A DNA stretch of 64,000 bases from Erysipelotrichaceae bacterium (GCA_033808805.1 JAPXMY010000004.1:6241-70240), one strand, 5' to 3'. Positions 29,845-38,462 are shown, counted from the first letter of the stretch. Made by a program: numbers and translations. The notes: generated by a model from the letters alone, not told the origin.

Positions 29845-29878
29845 ATGCTAGGCAGAAATGTATATCTCTGCCTAGCAT
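29845..29878 (+). promoter_or_regulatory. Intercistronic stem-loop downstream of the SBP gene
   Basis: Perfect 12-bp stem atgctaggcaga / tctgcctagcat, 10-nt loop, no T-run. Confidence 0.55.
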
Positions 29879-29904
29879 AAAACTTAATTCGGAGGTAAAT
29901 TCCT

Positions 29905-30768
29905 ATGATATTGCAATTATTTATTACCGGTATCTCCATGGGCATGCTATATGCGTTGATGGCAATGGGATTGATTCTGATTGTTAAAGCAGTCGGAGTT
30001 CTTAACTTTGCACATGGACAGCTGTTCATGTTAGGCGCATATATAACATGGTCGTTAACCAATCAATTAAATCTGCCTCTTTGGGCTATGATTATTGCTA
30101 TGATTGTGTGTTTTTGTATCGTTGGCTTGTCCTTTATGTTTACTGTTTATTGGCCGCTAAGAAATTCGCCATGGAAAGTAACTGTTGTTATTTCTACTCT
30201 TGGAGCATCTATTGCCCTTAAGGAAGCTGTACGTCTTATTTGGGGGTTTATACCACTTTTAAGTAAGCCATTGATTGATAAGGTCATTCGAATTGGTGAT
30301 GCAGTTATGAATGTACAGTATATTTTTATTATTGTGATAAGTGGAGCATTGATGCTTTTCGTATATTTCTTATTTGAAAAAACATTTATTGGAAAAATAA
30401 TGCAAGCCACAGCCCAAAATCGTTATGCAGCAGAATTGATAGGAATTCCTTCTGTTGTTGCAATTGCTGGGACGTATATGATAAGCATGTGTATGTCTGG
30501 TGTGGGTGGATGGTTAGCTGCACCATTATTTCTAGTTTCACAATCTCTTGGGACATTTGCTCAAAAGGCGTTTGCTGGAATCGTTGTTGGTGGATTTGGC
30601 AGTATAAAAGGTGCTGTTGTCGGTTGTGTTTTAGTTGGTTTAATTGAGTCGTTTTCAATATTGATTACTGATGCCTATAAAGATGCTGTTGTATTTGGAG
30701 TGTTAATTCTCGTACTGATAATTCGTCCAACAGGTATCTTTGGTGAAAAAATTGAAGAAAAAGCTTAA
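29905..30768 (+). CDS. Branched-chain-type ABC transporter permease (LivH-like)
   Basis: 287 aa, multi-TM. LNFAHGQLFMLGAY motif typical of LivH. Confidence 0.85.
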   Translation: MILQLFITGISMGMLYALMAMGLILIVKAVGVLNFAHGQLFMLGAYITWSLTNQLNLPLWAMIIAMIVCFCIVGLSFMFTVYWPLRNSPWKVTVVISTLGASIALKEAVRLIWGFIPLLSKPLIDKVIRIGDAVMNVQYIFIIVISGALMLFVYFLFEKTFIGKIMQATAQNRYAAELIGIPSVVAIAGTYMISMCMSGVGGWLAAPLFLVSQSLGTFAQKAFAGIVVGGFGSIKGAVVGCVLVGLIESFSILITDAYKDAVVFGVLILVLIIRPTGIFGEKIEEKA

Positions 30769-30780
30769 GAGGTGATAGAT

Positions 30781-31797
30781 ATGGAAAAGAAAAAAATTCT
30801 AGAACCTAAAATAATTGGGATAATTATAGCATCTATAATTATAATTGCTGCATTCATTATAATTCCTCTTCCTGGAGTTATAAGTAGGTATATGCTCAAA
30901 ATCTTTAATGATGGCTTAATTTACTTTATTGCTGCATTAGGTTTGAGTGTTATGCTCGGTATGGGAGGGCAAGTCACCTATTCAACAGCTGGAATTATGG
31001 GTGTTGGTGCATATATAACCGCAATTCTGTCTACTAAATATGGCTGGAATACTGGCCTTGCCATTATTGTTGCCTTGATTTCTGGTGCAATCTTTTCATT
31101 TATAGTTGGTTTAGCATTATTTAGATTGAAAGGAAGTTATTTTTCGTTTGCATCGATTGGGTTGACAAACTTGCTTGTTACCATTTTTTCCAACTGGATG
31201 GAAATGACAGATGGACCAGATGGCATAACAAGAATTCCAAAACTGGATCTTGGATTTATAAAATTTACAGATTTTAATAGCTATTTCCGCATTTTATTTA
31301 TTGTTGCTCTTATTTGCTATTTGTTTGTTTTAAGGTTGCGTAAAACAAGTTATGGTAGAGCCTTAGCTTCGGTCAGAGATAACGAGATTACTGCTGCATC
31401 ATTTGGCGTCAACTGTTATATGACAAAGGTTTATAGTTTTGTCATAGCTGGCGTATTTGCCTGTCTTGCAGGAGGGCTATATGCAGTACACGCAGGTTTT
31501 ATTTCACCTGAACCGTTCAAATATGACCAATCAGCTATTTATCTAATCATGGTTATGCTAGGTGGTGTTGATAATACTTTTGGAGCATTTTTAGGAACTA
31601 CACTATTAACGATAATACCAGAGAAAATGCGTTGGTTGAACGATTACTATAAATTAATTTATGGTATTGGTGTCATTGTCTTGATGATATTTATGCCTAT
31701 GGGATTGATGGGCATTGTTGAGAACATTAAATATAAAATAAAATCCAAAATTAAAAAGCGTAGGCAATCAAATGTTGTGGAAACGGAGGTTAACTAA
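30781..31797 (+). CDS. Branched-chain-type ABC transporter permease (LivM-like)
   Basis: Multi-TM. ATG 30781 lies 6 nt after AGAGGTG (a GTG at 30772 is also possible). GQVTYSTAG motif. Confidence 0.85.
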   Translation: MEKKKILEPKIIGIIIASIIIIAAFIIIPLPGVISRYMLKIFNDGLIYFIAALGLSVMLGMGGQVTYSTAGIMGVGAYITAILSTKYGWNTGLAIIVALISGAIFSFIVGLALFRLKGSYFSFASIGLTNLLVTIFSNWMEMTDGPDGITRIPKLDLGFIKFTDFNSYFRILFIVALICYLFVLRLRKTSYGRALASVRDNEITAASFGVNCYMTKVYSFVIAGVFACLAGGLYAVHAGFISPEPFKYDQSAIYLIMVMLGGVDNTFGAFLGTTLLTIIPEKMRWLNDYYKLIYGIGVIVLMIFMPMGLMGIVENIKYKIKSKIKKRRQSNVVETEVN

Positions 31798-31798
31798 T

Positions 31799-32557
31799 AT
31801 GGGAAAAGTATTGTTAGAAGTTCGTGATGTAAATAAAGCATTTGGTGGCGTTGTAACAGCTAAAAATGTTGATATGAAGGTCAAAGCTGGAGAAATTCAT
31901 GGTTTAATTGGACCTAATGGTGCTGGCAAGACAACCCTTCTAAATCTTATCAGCGGTATATATGAAGTAGACAGTGGTCAGATTTTCTTTGAAGAAAAAG
32001 AAATAACTCACTTGCCGGCACACAAAAGAGCAAGACTTGGTTTAGGTAGAACTTTCCAGTCGCCGCGTTTCATGAATCGTGCAAGTATTAAAGATAATCT
32101 TGAATTAGGTACAGATCTACGTAATCAGTTTTCATATACTCAATCTTTTTTCGGGAAAAAAGGAGCAGATTTCTACAGTGAATTAGAAGAACTTATGGAA
32201 ATTGCTGGTTTTACATTTGATTGGAACGAACATATAACCTCGCTACCATATGGTCAACAGAAACTTTTAGAAATTGTTAGAGCAATGCTTGCACATCCAA
32301 TAGTTATTCTAGTTGATGAGCCAGCTGCTGGACTTAATAAACAAGAGCAAGAAAGAGTCTCTTTATTGTTGAGAAAAGCAGTTGATAGTGGTATGGGAGT
32401 TGTACTGATTGAACACTCTATGGAAATGGTTATGAATATTTGTGACAATATTACAGTTTTAAACTTTGGAGAAGTAATTGCTAAAGGAAAACCACAGGAA
32501 ATTGCAACTAATCCACAGGTAATTGAAGCGTATCTTGGAGGTGAAAACGATGCTTAA
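31799..32557 (+). CDS. Branched-chain-type ABC transporter ATP-binding protein (LivG-like)
   Basis: GPNGAGKTT, LPYGQQKLLEI, LVDEPAAG. ATG 31799 follows GGAGG. Confidence 0.9.
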   Translation: MGKVLLEVRDVNKAFGGVVTAKNVDMKVKAGEIHGLIGPNGAGKTTLLNLISGIYEVDSGQIFFEEKEITHLPAHKRARLGLGRTFQSPRFMNRASIKDNLELGTDLRNQFSYTQSFFGKKGADFYSELEELMEIAGFTFDWNEHITSLPYGQQKLLEIVRAMLAHPIVILVDEPAAGLNKQEQERVSLLLRKAVDSGMGVVLIEHSMEMVMNICDNITVLNFGEVIAKGKPQEIATNPQVIEAYLGGENDA

Positions 32558-33287
32558 AATTAACAATCTTCACGCTTACTATGGGCCTATTGAAGCACTT
32601 AAAGGCATAAATTTACATGTTGATGAAGGCAAAATTGTTTGTCTTATTGGGGCAAATGGTGCTGGCAAGACAACATTGCTTAATGCTATAAGTGGGATGG
32701 TGTCAAAAACAGGAGAAATTTTTTGGGACGATATAGAGCTCAGCAAGTTAAACAGTACAAAGATAGCTAAGGAAGGTATTATGCACGTTCCCTCAGGACG
32801 TCATATTTTCCCAGGACTGACAGTTAAAGAAAATCTAGAATTGGGAACTGTCAGCTGGCGTGGCCCTTTTGGAAAAGGAAAATATGATGAAGATTTAGAA
32901 ACAGTATATAATCTGTTTCCAAGATTAAGAGAAAGAGAAAATCAACTTGGTTGGTCTATGTCCGGTGGTGAGCAACAAATGTTGGCAGTAGGTCGTGCTC
33001 TGATGGGAAGACCTAAACTATTGCTTCTTGATGAACCATCAATGGGGCTTGCTCCTGTTATTGTTGCTGATTTATTTGAGAAAATAGTAGAAATAAATAA
33101 AACTTTGGGATTAACAATTCTTTTGGTTGAACAAAATGCCAAAATTGCGCTCAAGGTTTCTGACTATGCCTATGTTCTTGAAGATGGACATATTACTATT
33201 GAAGGAAAGTCTTCAGATTTACAAGACGATCCTCGAATTGTACAAGCGTATTTAGGAAAATTTGCTGCAGGGAAGGGAGATGAATGA
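32550..33287 (+). CDS. Branched-chain-type ABC transporter ATP-binding protein (LivF-like)
   Basis: GANGAGKTT, MSGGEQQML, LLDEPSMGL. ATG 32550 follows GGAGGTG. Confidence 0.9.
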   Translation: MLKINNLHAYYGPIEALKGINLHVDEGKIVCLIGANGAGKTTLLNAISGMVSKTGEIFWDDIELSKLNSTKIAKEGIMHVPSGRHIFPGLTVKENLELGTVSWRGPFGKGKYDEDLETVYNLFPRLRERENQLGWSMSGGEQQMLAVGRALMGRPKLLLLDEPSMGLAPVIVADLFEKIVEINKTLGLTILLVEQNAKIALKVSDYAYVLEDGHITIEGKSSDLQDDPRIVQAYLGKFAAGKGDE

Positions 33288-33288
33288 T

Positions 33289-34203
33289 ATGGAAAAAGAA
33301 CTTTATCCTATACAGGGTATAATAACAACGGTTATTTCGCCTTTTATTGGTGAAAATAAAGAATTAGATCTTGAATCACTACGAAATGAAATTGATATGG
33401 CATGTAAAGCTGGTGTTACAGGTTTTTTAGTGCCATGTTTGGCTAGTGAACAGTGGCTATTGTCAAATGAAGAGAAAAAGCTTCTTGTTTCAGAAACTAA
33501 AAAAGCTGCAAAGGGAAGAGCTAAACTAATCACATCAATTACTGCTCCAACTGTTAAAGAAAGAATTGAACTTATGAATAGTTTCCGTGATCTTGGGATT
33601 AATGGATTTAATATGCAAGTTCCTTTTGACACAAAAGAGAACTTCGATGAAGCAATAGCAGCTGTTGATGCACAAAACCCTGAATTTCTATTTATTCAAG
33701 ATGCTGATTTTTCAGGCAATGGGATTGATCCCGATTGGCTTGTCGATGCTTTTAATAAGTATAAAAGTGTAGTAGGTGTAAAAAGTGAAGTAAAGTTCAC
33801 TGCCCCGAAGCTTACTAAATTAAAAGAAGCAACTAACAATAAGATGGTTTTAGCTTCTGGATGGGGTAATGATCAGTTGCTTGAACTGTTAGATAGAGGG
33901 GTTCACACAGTGATGCCATCAGGTATGTTTGAACTTTGGGTAAAAGTTTACGATTTGCATAGTTCAGGCAATCGTGATGCTGCTCAAAAATTATTTTATG
34001 ATATGTTACCAATAATTACCTTTACAAGACAGTCACAAGAGCTAAATAGATGGTTCCATAAACGCTATCTTGTCAGATTTGGCGCTTTTAAAGAAGAAAT
34101 ATCAAGAGAAGAGGTTTTTCTTGATGAATATCACGTTAGATATGCGGATGAATTAATAGAAAGAGCTAAATTCTTGATTGACCATTTGGATGAATATAAA
34201 TAA
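33289..34203 (+). CDS. DapA-family aldolase-like protein, divergent paralogue 2
   Basis: TIM-barrel DHDPS-like N-terminus (GIITTVISPF...GVTGFLV) and Lys in VGVKSEV. The start is 33289 or 33280. Confidence 0.7.
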   Translation: MEKELYPIQGIITTVISPFIGENKELDLESLRNEIDMACKAGVTGFLVPCLASEQWLLSNEEKKLLVSETKKAAKGRAKLITSITAPTVKERIELMNSFRDLGINGFNMQVPFDTKENFDEAIAAVDAQNPEFLFIQDADFSGNGIDPDWLVDAFNKYKSVVGVKSEVKFTAPKLTKLKEATNNKMVLASGWGNDQLLELLDRGVHTVMPSGMFELWVKVYDLHSSGNRDAAQKLFYDMLPIITFTRQSQELNRWFHKRYLVRFGAFKEEISREEVFLDEYHVRYADELIERAKFLIDHLDEYK

Positions 34204-34220
34204 AAGGAGGGTATAACTTA

Positions 34221-35117
34221 ATGCATGAAAAAGTTTATGGCATAATTGCTGCTATGGTCACTTCTATGAACGAAGATGAAACATTGAATGAAAAAGAAAT
34301 TAGAAACCAGGTTAATAGGCAAATAAATGCTGGAGCAGATGCTGTTTTCTGTTTGGGAACAAACGGCGAATTTTACATCCAGACCGAAGAAGAAAAATTG
34401 CGTGTTATCAAAATTGTTGTTGATGAAGTTGCTGGTAGAGTGCCAGTATACGCAGGTACAGGATGTACAGGAACGAAAGCTACTATTGATTTATCATTAA
34501 AGGCTAAAGAACTTGGAGTTGATGTACTATCAATTATAAGTCCTTACTTTGCAGCAATTTCGCAAAAAGAAATATTCAATCACTATAAGAGTATTGCTGA
34601 AGCCGTTGATTTACCGATAGTTATGTATAATATGCCTGCACGAACAGGTAATAATATTGACCCGGAAACAGTTGCGAAACTTGCGGTAATTCCTAATATT
34701 GCCGGCATTAAGGATAGTTCAGGAAACTGGGACAATCTTAAAGCGTATATTGATGTTACAAAAGGGATGGATTTTTCTGTATTATCAGGAAACGATTCGC
34801 TAATTCTACCTTGCTTAAAAGAAGGAGGCCACGGCGGAATTACTGCTGTTGCCAACATTTATCCAAAAACAATGGTATCAATTTATCAATTGTTTAAAGC
34901 AGGCGATTTAGAAGGAGCTGAAAAAGCACAGGATTCTATTGCTTCAATAAGATCTTGCTTTAAATTTGGAAACCCTAATACAGTAACTAAAAAAGCAACT
35001 AATCTAACAGGATATCCGGTAGGACCTTGTAGGGCGCCATTTAACTATCTAAGTGATGAAGCTGTAGAAGTGATTAAACTAACGTTAGATAAAGACAAAG
35101 AAAACGGAATGGAATAA
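34221..35117 (+). CDS. DapA/NanA-family class I aldolase, paralogue 3
   Basis: Shares DETLNEKE, YNMPARTG, GIKDSSGN and FSVLSGNDSLILPCL verbatim with the 26565 gene. Confidence 0.85.
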   Translation: MHEKVYGIIAAMVTSMNEDETLNEKEIRNQVNRQINAGADAVFCLGTNGEFYIQTEEEKLRVIKIVVDEVAGRVPVYAGTGCTGTKATIDLSLKAKELGVDVLSIISPYFAAISQKEIFNHYKSIAEAVDLPIVMYNMPARTGNNIDPETVAKLAVIPNIAGIKDSSGNWDNLKAYIDVTKGMDFSVLSGNDSLILPCLKEGGHGGITAVANIYPKTMVSIYQLFKAGDLEGAEKAQDSIASIRSCFKFGNPNTVTKKATNLTGYPVGPCRAPFNYLSDEAVEVIKLTLDKDKENGME

Positions 35118-35159
35118 ATTAATGATTTATTCAAACGGGACGCTTTCCAGGTAGTCGAA

Positions 35160-36074
35160 ATGAAAATACTTTACTATGAGATAGATGACCTGCATCAGGC
35201 AGGTGTATTATCTGTGGATGGAGACACCGTATATTCATTTAAACAGTTGGGCTTACCATGGAATAACATTCAAGAGCTTTGTGATGATAAGGACATCAAC
35301 AAGTTAAAAAAAATAAAAAGCCGAGTTGAAGAAGTTTCTATAAACGGAGTATCTTTAAGCAATATTAAAATTCTCTCTCCTATTCCAGAGGTTAGAAGGG
35401 GAATAATTTGTATTGGTTTTAACTTTAAGAATCATGCTCAAGAAGTGGCTGTTTTAAGAGGGGAATCAAAGGATACTGCCAATATAGCTCATCCTATATA
35501 TTTTTCTAAAAGAAATGCGACTACTACTGGTCCTGGTGATGACGTTCCTTATGTAAAAGGATATGCAGAAAATCTTGATGTTGGTGTTGAAGTGTGTGTA
35601 ATCATTGGCCAAGATGCTCTAAATGTGCCAAGAGAAAAAGTTAAAGATTACATACTTGGATATACTATTGCTAACGATATTTGTGACACCAGAATAAATA
35701 AAGTCTATACCCAACCTTTTTTAGGGAAGAGTATTGATGGCTATATTCCAATAGGTCCTTGGATAGTGACAACAGACGAATTTGAAGAAAATCCATTATT
35801 TGACTTAAAACTTACGGTTAATAAAGAAGTGAGGCAAGAAGGCAATACAAGAGATTTGGTTTTTGATATACCTTATATTGTGTCTGAGCTATCTACTAAT
35901 ATGACTTTAAAAGCAGGGACAATTATTGCAACAGGTTCACCAGCTAATATTGATGCTGGTAATCCAAAAAAACTTATGTTGTTACCAGGGGATGTTATCA
36001 CTTGTGAAATAAGTCAAATTGGGACTTTGACCAATATAGTTAAAGAAAAAAATGATACGGAGGCATGGCGATGA
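35160..36074 (+). CDS. Fumarylacetoacetate hydrolase (FAH) family protein 1
   Basis: C-terminal FAH-domain motifs: GYTIANDICDTR, IPIGPWIV, TGSPANI, GDVITCEISQIGTLTN. An N-terminal beta domain is also present. Confidence 0.85.
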   Translation: MKILYYEIDDLHQAGVLSVDGDTVYSFKQLGLPWNNIQELCDDKDINKLKKIKSRVEEVSINGVSLSNIKILSPIPEVRRGIICIGFNFKNHAQEVAVLRGESKDTANIAHPIYFSKRNATTTGPGDDVPYVKGYAENLDVGVEVCVIIGQDALNVPREKVKDYILGYTIANDICDTRINKVYTQPFLGKSIDGYIPIGPWIVTTDEFEENPLFDLKLTVNKEVRQEGNTRDLVFDIPYIVSELSTNMTLKAGTIIATGSPANIDAGNPKKLMLLPGDVITCEISQIGTLTNIVKEKNDTEAWR

Positions 36075-36889
36075 TATTTACTGTATATGCATATAAAGGC
36101 AAAACCTTTCCTTCGCTTTATAAAGATGGAAAAGTTGTTTCTTTAAGGAGTCTAGGATTAAATTATGCTACATTAGAGGAAACAGCTAGATTTATAAATG
36201 AAAAACAATTTGAAACATTAAAAAATGTTGATTTTTCTCAAGGTATAGAAGTCTCAAAAGTTACTTTAATGCCAGCTATTATGGAACCAACCCAAGATAT
36301 AATAATAATGGAAAACAATTTTGTTGATAATGGCAATCCATTGCCAACGTATTTTTATAAAAAAGTTAATTATGCAAATTGCAGTGGAGGTATTGTTCCA
36401 TCTTATCCAGGCCATGTTACAGAACTTGATTATCAAGTTGAGGTTTGCGCAGTTGTAAGAAATGATGCTTATCAAGTTTCTAAAGAACAAGCTTCGAAGC
36501 ATATTTTTGGCTATGTACTTATTAATAATATAATTGCCAGGAATCTAACCGCGCGTCATCGTAGACCATATATTGCCACTAGTTTAAATGGTTATCTGCC
36601 AATGGGATACTTTATTGCTACTTCTGATGAATTTGATAAACCTATAGAACTAAAAAGTTATGTGAATGGAGAATTAAGACAAAAAGATATAATCAATAAT
36701 GTTAACTTTGATTTTAATTATGCTATCAGTGATTTGTCTAGAATTAGTATTTTAAGAGGGGGTTCTATAATTTCGTCAGGCACTCCTTTTGGAACTGCGA
36801 AAGATTTAAATAAACCATATTTATCAAGTGGTGATATTGTCTGTGTTGAAGCTGATAATCTTGGAACAATTACGAACATTGTAGAATAG
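36071..36889 (+). CDS. Fumarylacetoacetate hydrolase (FAH) family protein 2
   Basis: Same architecture (LPMGYFIATS, SGTPFG, GDIVCVEADNLGTITN). ATG 36071 lies 7 nt after GGAGG (36065 is also possible) and overlaps the upstream stop. Confidence 0.8.
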   Translation: MIFTVYAYKGKTFPSLYKDGKVVSLRSLGLNYATLEETARFINEKQFETLKNVDFSQGIEVSKVTLMPAIMEPTQDIIIMENNFVDNGNPLPTYFYKKVNYANCSGGIVPSYPGHVTELDYQVEVCAVVRNDAYQVSKEQASKHIFGYVLINNIIARNLTARHRRPYIATSLNGYLPMGYFIATSDEFDKPIELKSYVNGELRQKDIINNVNFDFNYAISDLSRISILRGGSIISSGTPFGTAKDLNKPYLSSGDIVCVEADNLGTITNIVE

Positions 36890-36898
36890 GAGATAATT

Positions 36899-37894
36899 AT
36901 GCATAAGATAATGATAACTTATCCGTTGTTTGGAGAAGCTATGGATATATTACATACCAGGGCAGATTTATTTATGTCTAATTCTGGACAGATAGAGCCA
37001 TTTATAAAACAGTTGGCAAAGGCTGAGGCTTTTATTACTAGAAATGTTCATCCTACTATAGAACAATTGGAAAAATGTCCCAATCTCAAAGTTATAGGAA
37101 TACCTGGAGTAGGTTATCAAAACTATGACATAGATTATTTGAATCAGAGGGGAATTGCTCTGGTATATTGCCCGGGAATAAATTTTAGAAGCGTTGCTGA
37201 ACATGCCTTAACATTGGCACTTTCTTTAAGTAAAAATATTGTCAGGGATAATAATGAAGTAAGAAAAGGTAATTATGGTATTAGAAACAGTTTTGACAAT
37301 TGTGAGATGCTAGGTAAAAACGTTGGAATCGTTGGGTATGGTGCCATAGGCAAAGAAACAGCTAAACTATTTAATGCTATTGGATTAAATGTCTATGTCT
37401 ATGATCCTTTTGTCGAAGAAGAAACATGTAAAAAAAATGGATACATTTATTGCTTTACACTAGATGAACTGTTGTTGAATGCTGATATTATTTCACTGCA
37501 TATGCCATCAACCGATGAAACTCGTCACATGTTCTCGTATCATCAATTTGAAACAATGAAAAAAGGTGTAATAATTATCAACTGTGCTAGAGGAGCAATT
37601 ATTGATGAAGATGCACTATTTGAAGCTTTGGTTTCTGGCAAAGTATTAGCAGCAGGATTAGATGTAATGGAAAAAGAACCATTTGATTGTAATAACAAAT
37701 TATTTAAGCTTGATAATGTTTTATTCACTCCACATGTAGCAGGGGTAACTACTGAATCTTCAAGTAAAATTCATAAAATGGTTGTTGAAACATCACTAAA
37801 ATTATTGGATGGTGTATATATTGATAACATCGTCAACAAAGAGGCTCTTAAACATTCAAGATGGAAGAATTTAAAAAACAATAAAGTAATATAA
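36899..37894 (+). CDS. D-isomer-specific 2-hydroxyacid dehydrogenase, second paralogue
   Basis: VGIVGYGAIGK, FRSVAEH, CARGAII, LDVMEKEP, TPHVAG. Confidence 0.85.
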   Translation: MHKIMITYPLFGEAMDILHTRADLFMSNSGQIEPFIKQLAKAEAFITRNVHPTIEQLEKCPNLKVIGIPGVGYQNYDIDYLNQRGIALVYCPGINFRSVAEHALTLALSLSKNIVRDNNEVRKGNYGIRNSFDNCEMLGKNVGIVGYGAIGKETAKLFNAIGLNVYVYDPFVEEETCKKNGYIYCFTLDELLLNADIISLHMPSTDETRHMFSYHQFETMKKGVIIINCARGAIIDEDALFEALVSGKVLAAGLDVMEKEPFDCNNKLFKLDNVLFTPHVAGVTTESSSKIHKMVVETSLKLLDGVYIDNIVNKEALKHSRWKNLKNNKVI

Positions 37895-37963
37895 AAGTCT
37901 TGCATAAAAATATAAGATAAAGTAAAATTTAAGGGTGCTAGAAAGAAATAAAAACAAAGAAAG

Positions 37964-37992
37964 AAAAAAGCAGTTGCATTACTGCTTTTTTT
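37964..37992 (+). terminator. Rho-independent terminator of the catabolic operon
   Basis: Stem aaaagcagt / actgctttt, loop tgcatt, long T-run. Confidence 0.7.
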
Positions 37993-38002
37993 GTAGTATT
38001 AT
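37974..38002 (+). promoter_or_regulatory. Candidate sigma-A promoter of the S10 operon
   Basis: TTGCAT (37974-37979, inside the terminator loop), 17-nt spacer, TATTAT (37997-38002). Confidence 0.45.
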
Positions 38003-38009
38003 GAATGTT

Positions 38010-38132
38010 GCGACCGTATAGATATGCGAGGTTGCCGGCGCACTGGTATCCGTTGTCATGGTGTGCAGTCGGGGAATTCGCATGGAACGGGTCTATCATG
38101 GAAATAGACAAGCAAAAAAGGAGGAAATATCC
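38010..38132 (+). promoter_or_regulatory. GC-rich structured 5' leader of rpsJ
   Basis: Helices tgcgag/ttcgca (38025-30 / 38077-82) and gcgcac/gtgtgc (38038-43 / 38061-66) are nested. The GC content is locally much higher than in the surrounding intergenic DNA. Confidence 0.35.
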
Positions 38133-38444
38133 ATGGCAAGAAACATTGTAAGAATTCGTCTGAAAGCTTATGAACATCGTTCTTTAGACTCAGCAACGCA
38201 AAAGATTGTTGAGGCAGCATTAAAGCACGGTGCGAAAAAGGTTGTAGGACCAGTACCACTACCAACTGAAAAACAGGTAGTAACAGTAATCAGAGCTACT
38301 CACAAGTACAAAGATTCAAGAGAACAGTTCGAAATGAGAACACATAAAAGATTGGTTGAAATCGTCGGCCCAACTGCTGAAACGATTAATGCGTTAAGCG
38401 GTTTAGAGTTGCCAAGCGGTGTCGATATTGAAATCAAACTTTAG
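38133..38444 (+). CDS. rpsJ: 30S ribosomal protein S10
   Basis: [19 protein letters not shown]... ATG 38133 follows GGAGG. The track start at 38058 is an extension through the leader. Confidence 0.96.
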   Translation: MARNIVRIRLKAYEHRSLDSATQKIVEAALKHGAKKVVGPVPLPTEKQVVTVIRATHKYKDSREQFEMRTHKRLVEIVGPTAETINALSGLELPSGVDIEIKL

Positions 38445-38462
38445 GAATTAGGAGGAGACATC

